Assembly (NCBI GenBank): GCA_043228905.1
Contig: JBHGNT010000007.1
Coordinates: 18,352,001 to 18,416,000, forward strand
Source: Azolla caroliniana
Lineage: Eukaryota; Plantae; Polypodiophyta
Direction of reading: 5' to 3'
Length of the DNA: 64,000 bases
A program made the position numbers and the translations under genes. Positions 38,990 to 53,450 of this stretch are shown piece after piece. The notes beneath the pieces are model-generated. The model saw only the letters and a list, made by a program, of their open reading frames with translations. It did no database searches and was not told the DNA's origin. The stretch's first letter is position 1. Each line of letters starts with the position of its first letter.

Positions 38990-39340
38990 GTCATATGGAG
39001 AGCCACCATGATTAGTGGGCTCCAATCATATTCAACCTTAAAGAGATGAAGACTAAGGTCAAGTACCTGTTTCTTTTGTACCATTCCATTGGAGGACAGT
39101 CCACAAGTTGATTGAATGCCTTTTAGCACATGTAATTTAGAAGTACTTATAGGAGATTTCACAAGTTTTAACTTGTTATTTGAGGCCAACAATGGGTTTT
39201 GCTCAATGATCCAAATGACAAGCTAGAGATATTGTTCCAATTTTTATTACATTGGCAGTTGGAATATGGATAGTGCCTTCATGTTTGATGGTAGACATGG
39301 GGTGAAAGCATATGTGAAGAATTTGAACTGCCTTCCCAAG
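38990..39340 (+). mobile_element. Second LINE 3'-end fragment (zf-RVT-like), highly degenerate
   Basis: STLKR*RLRSSTCFFCTIPLEDS parallels KGTCFFCTVVEED of the LINE at ~31950. Confidence 0.4.
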
Positions 39341-40352
39341 TGGAATTTTTAGATGTTAGAGAACATTTGGAGATCAATTCCTTTAATGCATATTCAAGTT
39401 TTCTAATGGATTATCAAGATGTCCCTCTCACTACTCAAGGACTAAGAAGTTCTAACAAGTGGATTTTACATACAATTAATATAATTGTGTGCTTTTACCA
39501 TAATGAGATAAATAGAAAACTTACAATTTCCCCATTAGCAAGGCTCAAACTTGGGTTCAATTTTATGACTTTAAATGCTTCTGTGTAAACCACCAAGTCA
39601 ACAGCTACAGAAAAACCTCTCATCTCTACATAAGAGGAGCAAATAATTCAGTTTACCCTGAAATACTACAGCACATTACCTATCTATATTATTGACAAAG
39701 CTTATTTAATCGCCATTAACATATTGTGTCCTCTTCTAATTGTGGAACAAGAGGAAAGAGTTGAGATTTAGGGCTGGATTCTCACATAGTGCACAAAACT
39801 TAAGAGTCTTAAAATCATGTAGTAAACAAATAATGTGTTCCTTTGATAACTTGAAAATGGACTCAACAACATCAACAAATAACATGCTGATATTTTGCAA
39901 GGTTCATTCATCAGGACAACAAGACAATGGGTCCATTTGTTAAAGACTGACATAAAAAATCATCAGATACCAACATTATGAGAAATCGATTTGCAAATCT
40001 TACACAGCCCAACTATACACATTATCAGAAGTTAAACCATATTTTTATCTTTATCACCTTGCCAGGCATTAGACAATAAATTAAGCAGGTTTCCAAGGCG
40101 CCCTCCAACAAATGCAAAAATAAATAAACAAACTCATGGTGCCCATTACCCCTCCATGCATTTCTGCGCATATTGACACTGAAAAGGTAGCTCATTTAAT
40201 GACTACACAATAATTGCATTCAAAGCTGCATACCATCAGGTCAAAAAGACATTATACAAAGTGGTAAAAATCAAACATCAATGACTTTTACCAATTCAAA
40301 TGACACCACATTTTGGAAAGGATTCTGGTGATAAGTGGTAATGGATCCTTGC

Positions 40353-43300
40353 TTATGTTTGTACTGCCAATCTTTGTAGATGTTCTATGAAAATTTGCAA
40401 GCTAACATCATCAGTGAAGATAATGTCACCACCAGGCCTCGGGCCTTGGGTTGAGTTGTAAGTTGCTGAAGGATTGAGTTTTGCTAGTAGAAAACGGGCC
40501 TGGAAAGAAGGCCAGAGTAGGTCAATTTATATTTTATGGCAAAATACCAAAATAAACCCTCACTCCCTAGGGTATTTACAATAATAATCCTACGTTTGGG
40601 AACCAGAATACCCCTCTAATACAAAACTGGTTATAAGGGTATTCTGGTTATTTCTGAAAATTTTAATGGTATACACAACTTACATATTTTCAGCAAAAAA
40701 ACATGAATCGTGTATATATAGTACAAATTACCTAGATGAGGGTATTCTGGTCATTTTTACAAACTCCAAAGTATATACAAGAATTACAAACAGTGAGTCA
40801 AATATGTCATATCACTGACCTGAGATCCATATTGATCACAAACCACTAATCGTGGGGCAGGGAAGCGTTCTCCCATGACAGCATGAGCATCATCTAATGG
40901 AGCTTGAAGGAGTTCAGCAAAATTCTGCATGCCCCAAACATTTTCAAATTAACCCAAAACTCTGAAAGGAAAAGGTTGAGTGTAGAAAGCCAGGTTCATA
41001 AACCCGGAACCACCCTAGTAAAAAGACAAGTATGCAAATCTTTAACCCAAAGAAAAACGGTATTACATCAATTTATATTGTGCAAACCTTGAACCTGAAA
41101 AAAAGTATGTGACAACACCAGTTGACAAAATCAAGAAAGTGAATATGGCAGTTTAATAAAGAAAATTTAAGCAACTATTGTTCTGTATGTTAATTCGTAA
41201 ACTCCTCAACACTCCAAAAGGAAGTGATTATGCCGATTGAATCTTACTCAAGCCTTAACTCCAACCTAAACCAGAAGCTATAAAGAATGTAAGTGAAGTT
41301 GAGCAAACACACCCATTGAAAAAGTCTGAGCAAGAAAACAATGAGAAAATGCAGGTTCACTAAACCCTAACTCCTAGAAATGCTGGTAGATTAGGGCATT
41401 CATCCATATTGGATGGCAAGCTGTACCCTATCACCCAAAAACCCAACTTGTGGAAAGACAAACCTGATAGTCTGGTTGATTATGATACCCTGCATTACGC
41501 CATTGTGCGATAATCGTTCCATGGAACACCACAATGCTGAAATATGCATCCAGCAGAAGAATTCTGTCAACTGCAATAGCAGCTACATCAAGCAGAGCAG
41601 GCTCTGGAGGGTTAAGCAAAGAATATGATATTAGAGATGGCTGAATCATCACAACAGAATTGGACACATTTTCTCTATTCAATAGCATCCGAAAATACGC
41701 TGTCTCATCCGGACTATTGTTGAACACCTGCATTCGAAATTCATATTGATTAAGTCTCAATAGATATGTAGACAATTCAACTACATACAAAATCCATGAA
41801 ATGATTATTATTCACCATCACCTGTACAAATTGTGATCGTCTAAGGTTAAACATGAATTGAGGGAAGATTGTGAATCTTGCATTGAAACTGAATGATGCA
41901 GGATCATCCTTCCTATAGTCACCGAACCTTGAAGACAACCGGATGAGCAGCCGATCCAACCATCGTGTTGCATCAAATTCCTCCTGGTTGAAAACATCCA
42001 TACTTCCTGAGAAAATACTTGTTGGAAGTACTACCAACCATTTCTTAGAGCCACATCGCGACCAAGCAACAATTGTTGGAATGCATGCTTATGCAGAAAC
42101 CATTATATGTTACCTCAGTCTCCATTTTATGTGATGCTAACCGAGCTAAAATAACAGCAGCTGTTTCTTGATCAAACCCTGATATTATATCCTACACATA
42201 AGAAAATTATGTGAATCTTCATAAAAGAAATCAGTAAAAACTCATCTCCTTGCTTTGTTAATGTTATAGGTTAATACCTCTACGTTTGCACTACCATCAA
42301 CCCATTGTCTTGTGACTGTGGTCGCACGAATTCGGATCTTACCATCAGGATGTTGATATCTATATCATAATATATGGAGCAGAAAATGAAAATACTTAAT
42401 CATTAATCTCATTTAGTATTAACATGGAGGATAACAGATGTAGCTAAAATAGCTACAAGTTCTAGGATCAACCATAGAATGGAGCCCTATTCCATGTAAC
42501 AGTATCTGGTTGAGATCCCATTAATTTATAAATCAGTCGGCCCCACTCCACAATATTCTCACTCACATGGCAAATAAACTCTTGGAAATATTGAAGCTAT
42601 GTAAAATATTTTTAGTACAATTAACTTGTTCTGCTTCTACCTTTATATCAGATTTTGAACCTTCCATGGAAGAGCCTACACATTTTTCCACAATACAAGA
42701 TTCAACAGACAACCTAAGTAAAATCATGAACAATCCATTGTCAGGAATACATAACTAAAAAACTTGCCTCAAAAGGGATGTTATCAATGCAAGCCATGCT
42801 GACATTTGAGTATTTCTCTAGGAGGCTCTACAAATATATATCGAAAACACATTTATTAACACGATATAGGAAGCTGCCTAATGATAACATTAGAAACAAG
42901 TTTCCAAGTTTCCTTCCTCTGAGTTGGAAAACCGAAAACATGGCTAACTTTCCATTAAAAGTTTTCAGTAATAAGCTAATATTACGAAATATAACACAAT
43001 GAACATCAAATCAAGCTAGGTACTAAATTAGAAAGTGAAGGAAACAAATAAAGATATCACAGGCAATGGATTTAAAAAGAAAGAATCATAATAAGATGGA
43101 TCCTACATGCTACATGTATCGAAGGCTAATAAGGTAAAACTAGAGACTCTCATAAACCTGAGTTATCACCATCATTATCATCTTTCTCTTCATGGAAGTC
43201 TTCCACATCCTTCTCCTTCAATCATCATTCTCCCTAGAGGGGTCCAGAATGGGCGTTTTTCTACAAATATTTAAAAGATATTGAATTTAGGAAACATCAT

Positions 43301-46300
43301 TTCAGCTATAGGAAGCTGCAGGGAATGTTCTAAGATTATGTGGAAGGACATTGAACATTTATGGAAGTCATAACATATGAGTCGATTGCAATGATATTAA
43401 TCGCCTAACAGCCAATTTTTAACTCATTAAGATACATTTACTTGATATTCCAGTGATAACAAACAAAAATGTGATACGTATTGTCACAAAAAAAAGTGAA
43501 CACATTATCTACTTCTTAAAACTAAGTAAATTACTTTCTGTTTCATATTATATATTCCACACTCCATATTCCATAAGATGATGCAGTGACGCAAACATGT
43601 CAACTATTGTTTTTAATTCTCCCAAACTGGCATTGAATTAAATAGCACCTAATTTAAAAGACCTTAAATCTAAATCAATGACACTAACTGCCAATATATG
43701 GTCAGAAACTCAACTATCGATCATAAAAGAGCTTACTGAGTAAGAAACTGCAGGAAAAACTGGCGCCCAAGGGGTGCAGCTGCATTAGGTTGCTGAGAGG
43801 GCACGACGTCGAAAAAGATTGCCAATGAAGTATTGGTGTCGAGTCCACACATCTTCCAAGCTGTTGTGTTCCCTTGTCCAACCACTGTCTCTGAGTATGA
43901 TGTCCCTTTCTATAACAACATAGATCTCAATCTGTTAGTAATTTACAGAAAATGTCCAGAATGATACTCATAATAACGTATCACATTTGAAAGGTGAGAG
44001 TAATGTCATCCTCAACTTCAAACATATGCTTATTGGCATTAATAAAGCATTATCACGTGATTAGAAATATAATAAATCATGTAATTAGATCCATGATTAA
44101 TTGAGCCTCACCATAGCAAGTATTATGTTACTATAACTACAGGCAATTAGAGAAATCATGCACATAAGAAATCCATAAAAAAATATCTGAACCCCAATTA
44201 GAAAATTCATTAGAACTGAGGTATTCATGAAGTAGAGAAACAATTACAGTTATCCACAAGCACACAGTCCATGAATACCCTTAACCCTTAGTCCAGGATT
44301 GTAGGTCTAATGTCGATCTAGTTTTATTAATAATACTTGTAAGCATATAGCTAGAAATACAGGTACATTATCCATACACTTTGAACAATGTGCTAATGTA
44401 ATCAAATTTCTGAATATTTTCCTATTATACTTTATTTCAATGGCAAAATATATCACAAGAAATAACACACCTTTTCTAATGATGCACAAGGACCTATGAT
44501 TCCCTGGATCTTCACATCTTTGGAACAAAGAACCTCAAAAGTTCCACTGCAAATACACAAATCAAATTAAGATATTTGGTGCATTTGTAGTTGGTAACAG
44601 CAAAAAGACACTACCATACTTGAAGGAAAGACCAAGGACATTTTCTCCGGCCTCAAAGACTCGTTTGAATGAATCCTTGAAGACTGAGTGACCAAAACTC
44701 TCTGCCAATACTACCAATCCACCAGTCCTTTCTACTGCCACCTTAATTTCAGCAACTCCAACCTGCACACAGAAACAAATCAAATTTTACATTTTACATG
44801 CAGCCTGATTTTTGAAGCCATGATCAAGACTCGTCACTCAACATAATGTAATAATGCAATTTCAGCACAGCCCATGAGTGGACCAGTATATTGCAACACA
44901 TTTCAGAGTATATTTATTTTACTCATTAACATGAGGATATATAGGTCCTGTTGAAGCCCACAAGATGGCTCCCATTGTCATGCAAAGCTATGAAGGCGAA
45001 ATACAGATGGCACTCACATGGAGTTTAGAACTAGGCATATCAACCTAGCCGGGCCTATTGTTTACTTTAGAACTGTCACTTATGTTGCTTTATACACAGG
45101 AATTGTCCATTGACTGATGTTGCTGCATAATGACACTTTCTTCTCTCACAAATACAAAGAATTGAGCACTAAAATACAAGCAGGCCTTTAAAACTGAAAA
45201 CAAGGATTTATGGAAGTCCAACAATATTGAGGAGACCAACACAATCACCTGACATGAAAAGACACGTGGATTGTATTATATAATAATAGTGCAGACCATA
45301 GTATGAACCATACGTGCATTCACATTCGAGAATATTTCACCATTTGAGTATGGTAAACACTGTCGAAGTATGGTAAATACCATACTTTTGTATTCATTAT
45401 TTATTATAAGATAATTTATTTTTTAAGGTAAGAAAGTTAAGGCAAAAAGTGTAAAAAAAAACATAAGAATGTTTTGATAACATACACATTCGTTTGCATT
45501 CGTATGAAAAAGAATGTTTGCCAATGCATTCGAGTATATTACGTACTATCGTGCAGAGAATCACATTCACATAAGACCATGAATACAGAACCAAAGATTC
45601 TTTTTACTAACCACACCATTTGAAGAATATATACCTGGTCAAGGGCACATGCAAAAAGATCCAAAACATGGCCCTGGTCCACCAGCTGTTTTGATAAACC
45701 TTGATAGAATTTAACTGCTTTCTTGTAAAATGGAGCTGTGTCTTTTTCCAAGTCCTTATGGGATCGTATAGGGTCTGAAAGTTCTTTAGCAACTATCTAC
45801 AAAGAAAATCAAGCAATATACTTAATTTACAATTCTTGGACGAAATAGATACCCACCAACATGACAATAAGCATGGGATGCACGGTCACAATAATAAAGC
45901 TTTATAAAAAAACATAATATTATGAGCTTACAAATTCGTGTTAGCGCAAGAATTCAAGATTATGTTAGTGAATGAAAGCTCAAGGGTTGGGAGAGGCAGA
46001 TTAAAATACAATATGTCAATTATCAAGATAGAGAAACTTAAATGTGTGAAACTAAACTGCAAATTGCAATGTGAATGAGAGATCGACCTCAAGGAACATC
46101 GTTTTCTCAACTAGTTCATCATGCATAGCATAAACTTGATATTATAACTGACAAGCAAAATCTATCAGCAAGTGTATTAAGAAGATATGAACAAAGCGTG
46201 CAACACATAGGGTTAAAGTTATATTCCAAAAAGCAAAACATATTTTGGGTTCTATGATTGGAAATTTTCCCGTAAGAGAATGATTTGGCTAGCTACAAGC

Positions 46301-47792
46301 CTGCAGTTTTCAACATCAATCCTTCGGACAAAGACAGCTGAGGTGAAAAGTTCACTTCCATAACGCCCATATCCTAGATGTTTACCGACTATGTATTTAC
46401 TACTCAAGTGCATGTGTTTATATTTGTAGTAGCGAACACATGCAAATATATGTCTAGTTGAATCTTCAAATAAACATCCTCCCTCCTCCCAGATCACGTG
46501 AAATGGCCAGACTCCAGATCTAGCTTCCTTGCACAGTCAGACTTGAGAGTTGTCCCATTATGTCACCCCTGACCAATGTGATGTATATGTGCTCATTGTT
46601 CTTGGCCCCTTTCACCCTATCTAGTGGATAGAGCTTTAATTTCTATTTTAGGCTACCTTTACTTGTATCTAGAATACTTTACATGTTTCTATTCATGCAC
46701 TTAACCAACCAGCTCCTTTTGGATGGTTTCAAACAGGATACGTGCAAAAGACTGGAACCAACCAGAAAAAAACATTATGAGCATAAAAAAAAGCTTACTG
46801 TTCCTGGTCCTCCGGTGCATGGTCCACCGAGAAAAGCCATTATGCGAGCTCCAGTTCCAGGTACACAAGCTCCGAGCAATCCAGCTGCGACTGTCAAGGC
46901 CATGCCTGTGCAGCGCATAGGCCTATGAACAGATTCAACCGGCCATGCATCTTTTTGCAAGTCATCCAATAGCTGCCATTCAACTAGAAGCCATTATCCC
47001 ATTCACTTCTTAAGACAAAATCTTTTAATAAAGCTTTTATTTAGGAAACATTAGGTATGTACACACTGCTCCAAGACTGTACTCGCAATCGGCCTGAGGA
47101 AGAAGGAACCGATTAACACCACTAACAAAAGTCCCATTGCTGGTCAGATGCTGTTGTGGCCCCCGAGGCAGAACATTTCGCCAAGCTGAAGAAAGACCAA
47201 GTTGATCAAGGATTGTCTCTTTACTGATCTCTTTGGATCCCCTAAAAACATGTGATTTTGGTATTTCTGCCAATCGTAGTTCATGTACTTGCACCTGGGT
47301 ACCGAATGTAATCAGACCTACTAATGCATGTTCTGGTATCAATTCTATAGCTTGTTTCAAGGCTGTTTTTAAAAAGCCCAACTCCTCCTCAATCAAGCAA
47401 GTGTCAATGACGAAGAGGAAAACTGGCGGTAGTGATTTCTCAGACAGGGGTGCGTACTCCACTGTAGAATACTGTTGGAAGAGCTCAGGTGGTAAGTTGT
47501 TCTCAGAAATATGGTGATAATGTTGAGGAAAATGGTTTCGCTGGAAACAGAAAGGACAAATCCAATGTTTTGCCATGAAATCTATCTGAGCATAAGGACA
47601 AAGAAAAGCAGAGCATGTTTTACATCGAAGAGGCGAGTATGGAAGAGGTTGCTTTTCAGGGAAGCTTCGTAGAGGTGTATATACAGCAGCCATAGGCACA
47701 ACACATTTGCTTGCTTCAACTTTAGAGCTTGGCCAAAGGTTCCATGTAAATCTCACACCGTCTTGAGCCTCTAATTCGACAAAATCAGACAT
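40353..47792 (-). CDS. SEC23: COPII coat subunit Sec23, ~12 coding exons (approx. 47067-47792, 46799-46972, 45634-45796, 44619-44762, 44469-44547, 43736-43909, 42277-42359, 42114-42191, 41823-41984, 41464-41728, 40820-40924, 40353-40499)
   Basis: [21 protein letters not shown], zinc finger CKTC…[90 protein letters not shown]. Confidence 0.95.
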
Positions 47793-48740
47793 TCTGAAGC
47801 TCTTTTCTTGTCTTATTTGGGAGGTTTTAGGTAGATTTTCGTGCAAATTTGCTTTGATATTCACAGTAGACTCCTAAAGAAAACCAAAGGAAAAATAAAA
47901 AGCTTTGAGAGACAATCAAAGCAAGAACACATTAATGAGCTTAATCTGCTCATCATAAAAACTTGGGCAAAATAAGCTCTATTGTTTATTAAAATGCACT
48001 TTGATTGACCTATTTGTGTCACAATGTGAAAGCCTAACCCAAAAAGAGCATTACCATATTCTCTCTTCAGAACATAGACTTCATGCCAACCTGAGCCTCT
48101 AATTCAACAACATCGACTTATGTTTGTCCCTATCAAATGCTCTAATCGATTTTAGTGCAAACTTGAATTGAACTGGACTCTGAACCTTTAAAAAGTAAAA
48201 TCTGTGAGAGAAAGGCAGACCAAGAAACCATTATTGAGCTCAATCCGCCCATCCCAGAAACTCGAAAAAAGTAAGGTATAGTTTCTATTCTAATGCACCT
48301 TTTGCAAAGGTCTTCTCCTGTTTTTTGCCTGGTATATTGCAAGCCTAGTCCAAAAAGCAAATAATCATAATCTCTCTTTAGAAGCAGAAACCCTAATTTC
48401 AAGATAAATCTCACTTCATCTTGAGCCTCTATTTAACTACATCTGTTATTTCTTCAGCTCTTGTTTTGCCCTATCAAACATCCTTGGTAAATTTTCGTGC
48501 ATAATTTCTTTGAATTTGATTCAAGAAATTAGAAAGTAAAAGGTTTGAAAATGACAAGCAAAGCAATAATCCACTATCCAGACCAATCCATACATAATAA
48601 AGAGTCAAAATTCAGGAAAAACAATATCTACTTTCTGTTAGAATGCACAAAGTTCCTCGTATATGACCTAAACTTTTGCAAACCTGGACAAACTTAGCAG
48701 ATATATTAAAAACAACATTCTTTCTTCAGAAACACTGTCT
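47745..48740 (-). repeat. Degenerate ~330-bp tandem triplication spanning the Sec23 start-codon region
   Basis: tgagcctcta(a/t)tt…(g/a)atttt(c/a)gtgca…aatgcac…(t)cagaa recurs at ~47764, ~48092 and ~48421. Confidence 0.65.
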
Positions 48741-49853
48741 TTAATAAGCCTATCAGTGGCAAATAAAATCTAATTTCCTCTAGACCACAAACATAATCCA
48801 AAAGTAACACAATTATAAAAACAAACCAGTTCTTTCTGAAATATAGACCCTAATCATAGAACTCAGGAAAAACAAGCTCTATTGCACCTTGATTGAACTT
48901 CTTTACCAATGTATATGACCTAATCTACTGCAACACTAATATAACAGCAACATATATATAGAAACTCCTTTTCTTTTTCTGTGTGAAACCCAAACCATTA
49001 AACCATATCAATACATATATAGAAAAAATCCTACACTTCTTTACCCTAAAGCTTAATCATATCGAAATATATTATTATTCCTTTTTTATACTAAACATTA
49101 ATCACATCGAAATATATAGAAATCTTATTCCACGTTATGATGAACCCTAAATAGAGAGGGCTATCCTAGTTTTCTGATAACTTCTAATCAGAGAGATATA
49201 TAAACAGACTCCTATTCTATTTTTAGTGTTGTCAATACTTATTAAATCAAACCCCAACGCACTGATCAGGACAGAATTCCTTCTACAGGGAAGGTCCTTG
49301 GTACTATAAATGTCGAGGGGTTACAAAATCAGATTGTATGAGAGAGAGAGAGAGAAAGACCTCACCACCAGATCGATCCTCGCCGAATAGGAGTGAAGAA
49401 GATTATGATGAAGCTGATTCCTTGTCCAAATCTCTATGCGACTGTATCCTTGCTAGTCTGAGATGAGTTGGGCAAGATCTGAAGGAACCCAAATCGATTA
49501 GCTCCCGCGACATAGACCGTCTAAGAGAAGGATCTGCAATCTAGACAGTTTGACGATTGATTGATGACAAACTCATGCAGGGAAGCTACAAGACAAGAAT
49601 GTACATTGATGGGAGATGCCTTTTCAAACAAAACAGGATTTTGAACCCAGAAGAGCAAAAAGCAGATGGGCAGAGAATTGATAAATGCAGGGATATGATC
49701 GATCACAAGGCGAGCCAGGAAAGAAGGAGAGTTGGGGGGGGGGGGGGGGGGGGGGGGGGGAGGCCTGTCTGTAGAGATCTATGTGGCTGACTGTTGGTTA
49801 GTAGTCTTTGGCTCATTGGTCTTGAGACTTGCAGATCAGTTAGCTACAAGAGA

Positions 49854-49911
49854 GTATGTATGTATGTATGTATGTATCATGTATGTATGTATGTATGTAT
49901 CATGTATGTAT
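49854..49911. repeat. (TATG)n microsatellite, left flank of MULE C; continues at 56303-56333
   Basis: Seen directly. Confidence 0.93.
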
Positions 49912-51632
49912 CGACGTGTCTATTATGACACAAATCATAAAGAGGGCTGGTGAGGGAATCGCGACCACAGACGGTGCAGGTTGCTCAGAGAAGGCGCGTG
50001 CGATCTACACTGTTGAATTTCGATAAGGAAGAAGGCACGAAAAATAAAGATGTGCAAAGGTCGCCCAACCGTTGGGTGACCAGTTTAAGCAGGTTGCCCA
50101 ACTGCTTTAGGGTTTATATTGAGTTGGTTTGAGTTGGTCACCCAACCAACTCAATAAAAGATGCAAGTTGCCCAACCGTTTATTTTTAAAGCGGTTGGGT
50201 GACCAGTTTAAGCAGGTTGCCCAACTGCTTTAGGGTTTATATTGAGTTGGTCACCCAACCAACCCAATAAAAGATGTAGGTCGCCCAACCAATGACTATA
50301 AAAGCATGAAACCTGTCATTATCTCTCATTTTTTCAAACGAGATTGACAGGTTTCTTTTGCCGAGAAAGAGTTGGGCGTCAGGCGGCTTGCAATCGACAT
50401 ACACAACAATCAATCTCCTCCATCACTATTCCCAGGTATGTACTAAACCCTATCACATCACTTTTTCTGTTTTTTTTACATGTGGTAGGAATAGTTGAGG
50501 GATTAGGGTTTGGAGTAGTTGAGGGATTTTGTTTCTTGTTGAGGGATTACAAGGATAAGTAGGTTGAGTTGGTCACCCAACCAACTCAATAAAAGATGCA
50601 ACTCAATAAAAGTTTATTCAATCATCTCTCTTTTTCCATGTTGGGGTGTTTCACGAAGTTCACTTGTAGACTGCGTTTCATGGATGAAAGGACACTACTG
50701 GCTTCTTTGAGATCTGTTCAGATTACGTAGAGTGGAGCAATGTTGCCTTCATTTTGTCTAAGCTCCCTCATTATTTTGTGCTTTAGAAGCATATTTATAT
50801 TAATAAAGCATGCTTTTCTATGAAATGTAACTATAGTGTATAGCATATTTTACTATGAAGTGCAATAGTAGTGTAGGCAACTTCAATTCGAAATTACATA
50901 TCACAAAGCAGAATGTGGCATATTGCCATTTCTAGCCTGTTTTGTAAATGTTATAGCATGTTGCATATATAATAGGGTTGCTTGATGGGGTGGGTGGATG
51001 TTGTGAATCATGATTAGTCGAGGCATGGCAACAAATAATCGATTACAAACAAATATCAAATGTTGGTGTGATTAAGATCACAATTTATGATATTTTGTGT
51101 ATAAGATATGGCGAATGAGGTTAGTGAAGTGTGAAGATGGTAGACAAGGGTAATGTAAATAGGTTTTTCTTGATCAACATAGTAAGGTTCTGATTTTGGC
51201 TATGATGATGAGTTTTGCTTGTTTTTTGGGATTCAGTTTGCATTACTAGAAACTTAGGTTATAGCTGAAATTATAGAAAAATACTAGCCATTTTTGGGGT
51301 GATTTTGGGTTTCATTTGACATTGTTACAACTTAGACAAATGTTGAAATTCGAATTAATGTAAAACTATTCATCTTTAGGGACTAGGGCCTCATCGTACA
51401 TAAACTTAATCATGTAAAAAGCACTCATTTTATAGGACATTGGGATTTGAGTCTCATTCCTACTTAATCTAATTATTGTAACATGATAAGTAGAATATAA
51501 CATATGGGGAGATTTGGAAGTGAGGGATTAGGGTTTCGGGTTTAGGGTTTAATGATTTGCTTGCTTAAACTTAATATTGTGTGTGTTTGAGTATTAAATT
51601 CAAAAAATGTTTGATTACTTGAATGGTGGTAG

Positions 51633-52590
51633 ATGGCTTCCAAGTCCAAGTACAAAGATTGGTGGGATTTTGATAATAGTGACATATATCCAACTCAAGA
51701 GAGGTATGTCAGGAACCAATCTCCCCTAATACTGGTTTAGGGTTTGATGCATGTATGTTGACTCATGATTTGTTAAAGGGTCTTCGTTAGAAGACATTGG
51801 CGAAGTTCATCAGCCGACATGTGTATGAGTGGGGACAAAATGGATCAGACACATATGCCTCAAATCGAGCCCATACATGCCATGGCAACATTCGACCAAG
51901 ATGCTCCTCCAAATGGTATGTGGATTTGGTGTCGTTGCAATATGTCAATCTTTATGCCAATCTTTATGTCAATCTTAAATATGTAACATATACAGAAGGA
52001 ACAGATGCTCCTCGCCCAGACTCGTTGTATAAGGTTGGAAGAGATGCAAATGGGAACAAGGCTCGTGTGTGTATCTATACTGAGTATTGCCGCCTCTCGC
52101 CAAGGTGGTATCGCAAAAAAAGTGACATGGAATCACATTTATGCAGGCATTGGGTGTTGTGGATGAAGATGCGACAGAAAGTTTCTAAGCTAACTAGCAA
52201 AGTAGTCTTCTGTGATCCATTGAACAACGCAGTGACTGACAACGTGCAGAGAATGGCAGAGTTGGCAATTCGGGAAATTTCATCTGAACCGTCAGACCAC
52301 ACCATTGTGCCCGAGGGTCGACATCACGTATTGCACATCCCAACTCAACCAAATTATTGGGATTGTGGCTTTTACGTCATGAAGACTATCCAAATGTTGG
52401 TGGGGGAGTTCTTACAAGGATGGATATCTCCGACTTTTGTTAGTGTAATTGCAATGCCTTATTCATGTGGATTGTGTATAGATGTGTTCTTATACATATT
52501 TGGTGACAGGGCACAGAGATGTGGTTCACCAAACGCGAAGTGGATTCACTTCGGAATCATATGGACGAGTGGGCATGAAGGGTACTAGGA
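51633..52590 (+). pseudogene. MULE-borne spliced gene: zinc-finger-like segment and Ulp1/C48-like cysteine protease
   Basis: HWVLW … FCDPL … PTQPNYWDCGFYVM gives the H-D-Q-C order of Ulp1. First exon MASKSKYKDWWDFD…|gt has a homologue in element A (2436 onward). Confidence 0.75.
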
Positions 52591-53450
52591 TTTGCACCTA
52601 CAACTGGTGGCTCCATATTGTAAATTTTGTGAATGTTGTTTTCAGCACAGATTTTGCTATATAGCTGATGTTGTAACTATATTTTGGAATCCACACAAAT
52701 TTTGTATAGCGAGAATCGGCTCAGTGTATATTACAATTACTTATTAATGGAAATGTTGTTTACAACAAGTGTTTATCTCAAGTTGATTTGTTGTTTTAAA
52801 CCAATCACAAGTTGTGATCTAAAGTTGATTTGCTGTTTTCAACCAATCGAAGTTGTGATCTAAAGTTGATTTGTTGTTTTAAAAGTTTCTCAAGTTGTGA
52901 TCTCCAATAGATTTGATGTTTTAACCAATCATCTACTTAATCCTTTCTTTATCTTATTAGTAATATCACATTGCAAGAAAAAGAAGCAACAACTGGTGTG
53001 GGAGGGTCAGAGTCGAAAAGAAGATTTTTTATCTTCCCGCTCATTCAGAATCGTGCATGAAATTCTAATTTCGCACGGCTCCTGGTTCCTAAAAGACTTT
53101 CAATTGACTTTAGCAACATTCCTAGAACCTTCCTCGCGTATGTCTAAAAAAAGGACTTTTTTTATTTCTTTAATGAACGACGATTTTTCATTCAATAGAG
53201 AAACTTACCCTTTAACTTCTCGAGGAATCCTTGATCAATCTCAAATGTAAACCAATTGATTCGCGAAAAAGTTAATCTTTTCGAAAGAGTTGATTTGAAA
53301 AAGCTGTTTTAAACCAATCTATCTCCCAACCCTTGTAAAAAACATCAATGGTAATAAACCAAGTTGCCCAAACCTCTTAAAATTAATTCTCTTTTGATAT
53401 GGTCACCCAACCAGGTTGCCCAAACCTCTTAATATTGTCACCGATGTGGT

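Noticed and set aside
49734-49760. Poly-G run (and poly-C at ~58679-58700) as G-quadruplex regulators
   Set aside because: Simple homopolymers of uncertain length with no supporting context.
49884-49911. Apparent ~28-bp TSD around MULE C (tgtatgtatgtatgtatcatgtatgtat)
   Set aside because: Explained by the periodic interrupted microsatellite; a canonical 9-bp TSD fits.
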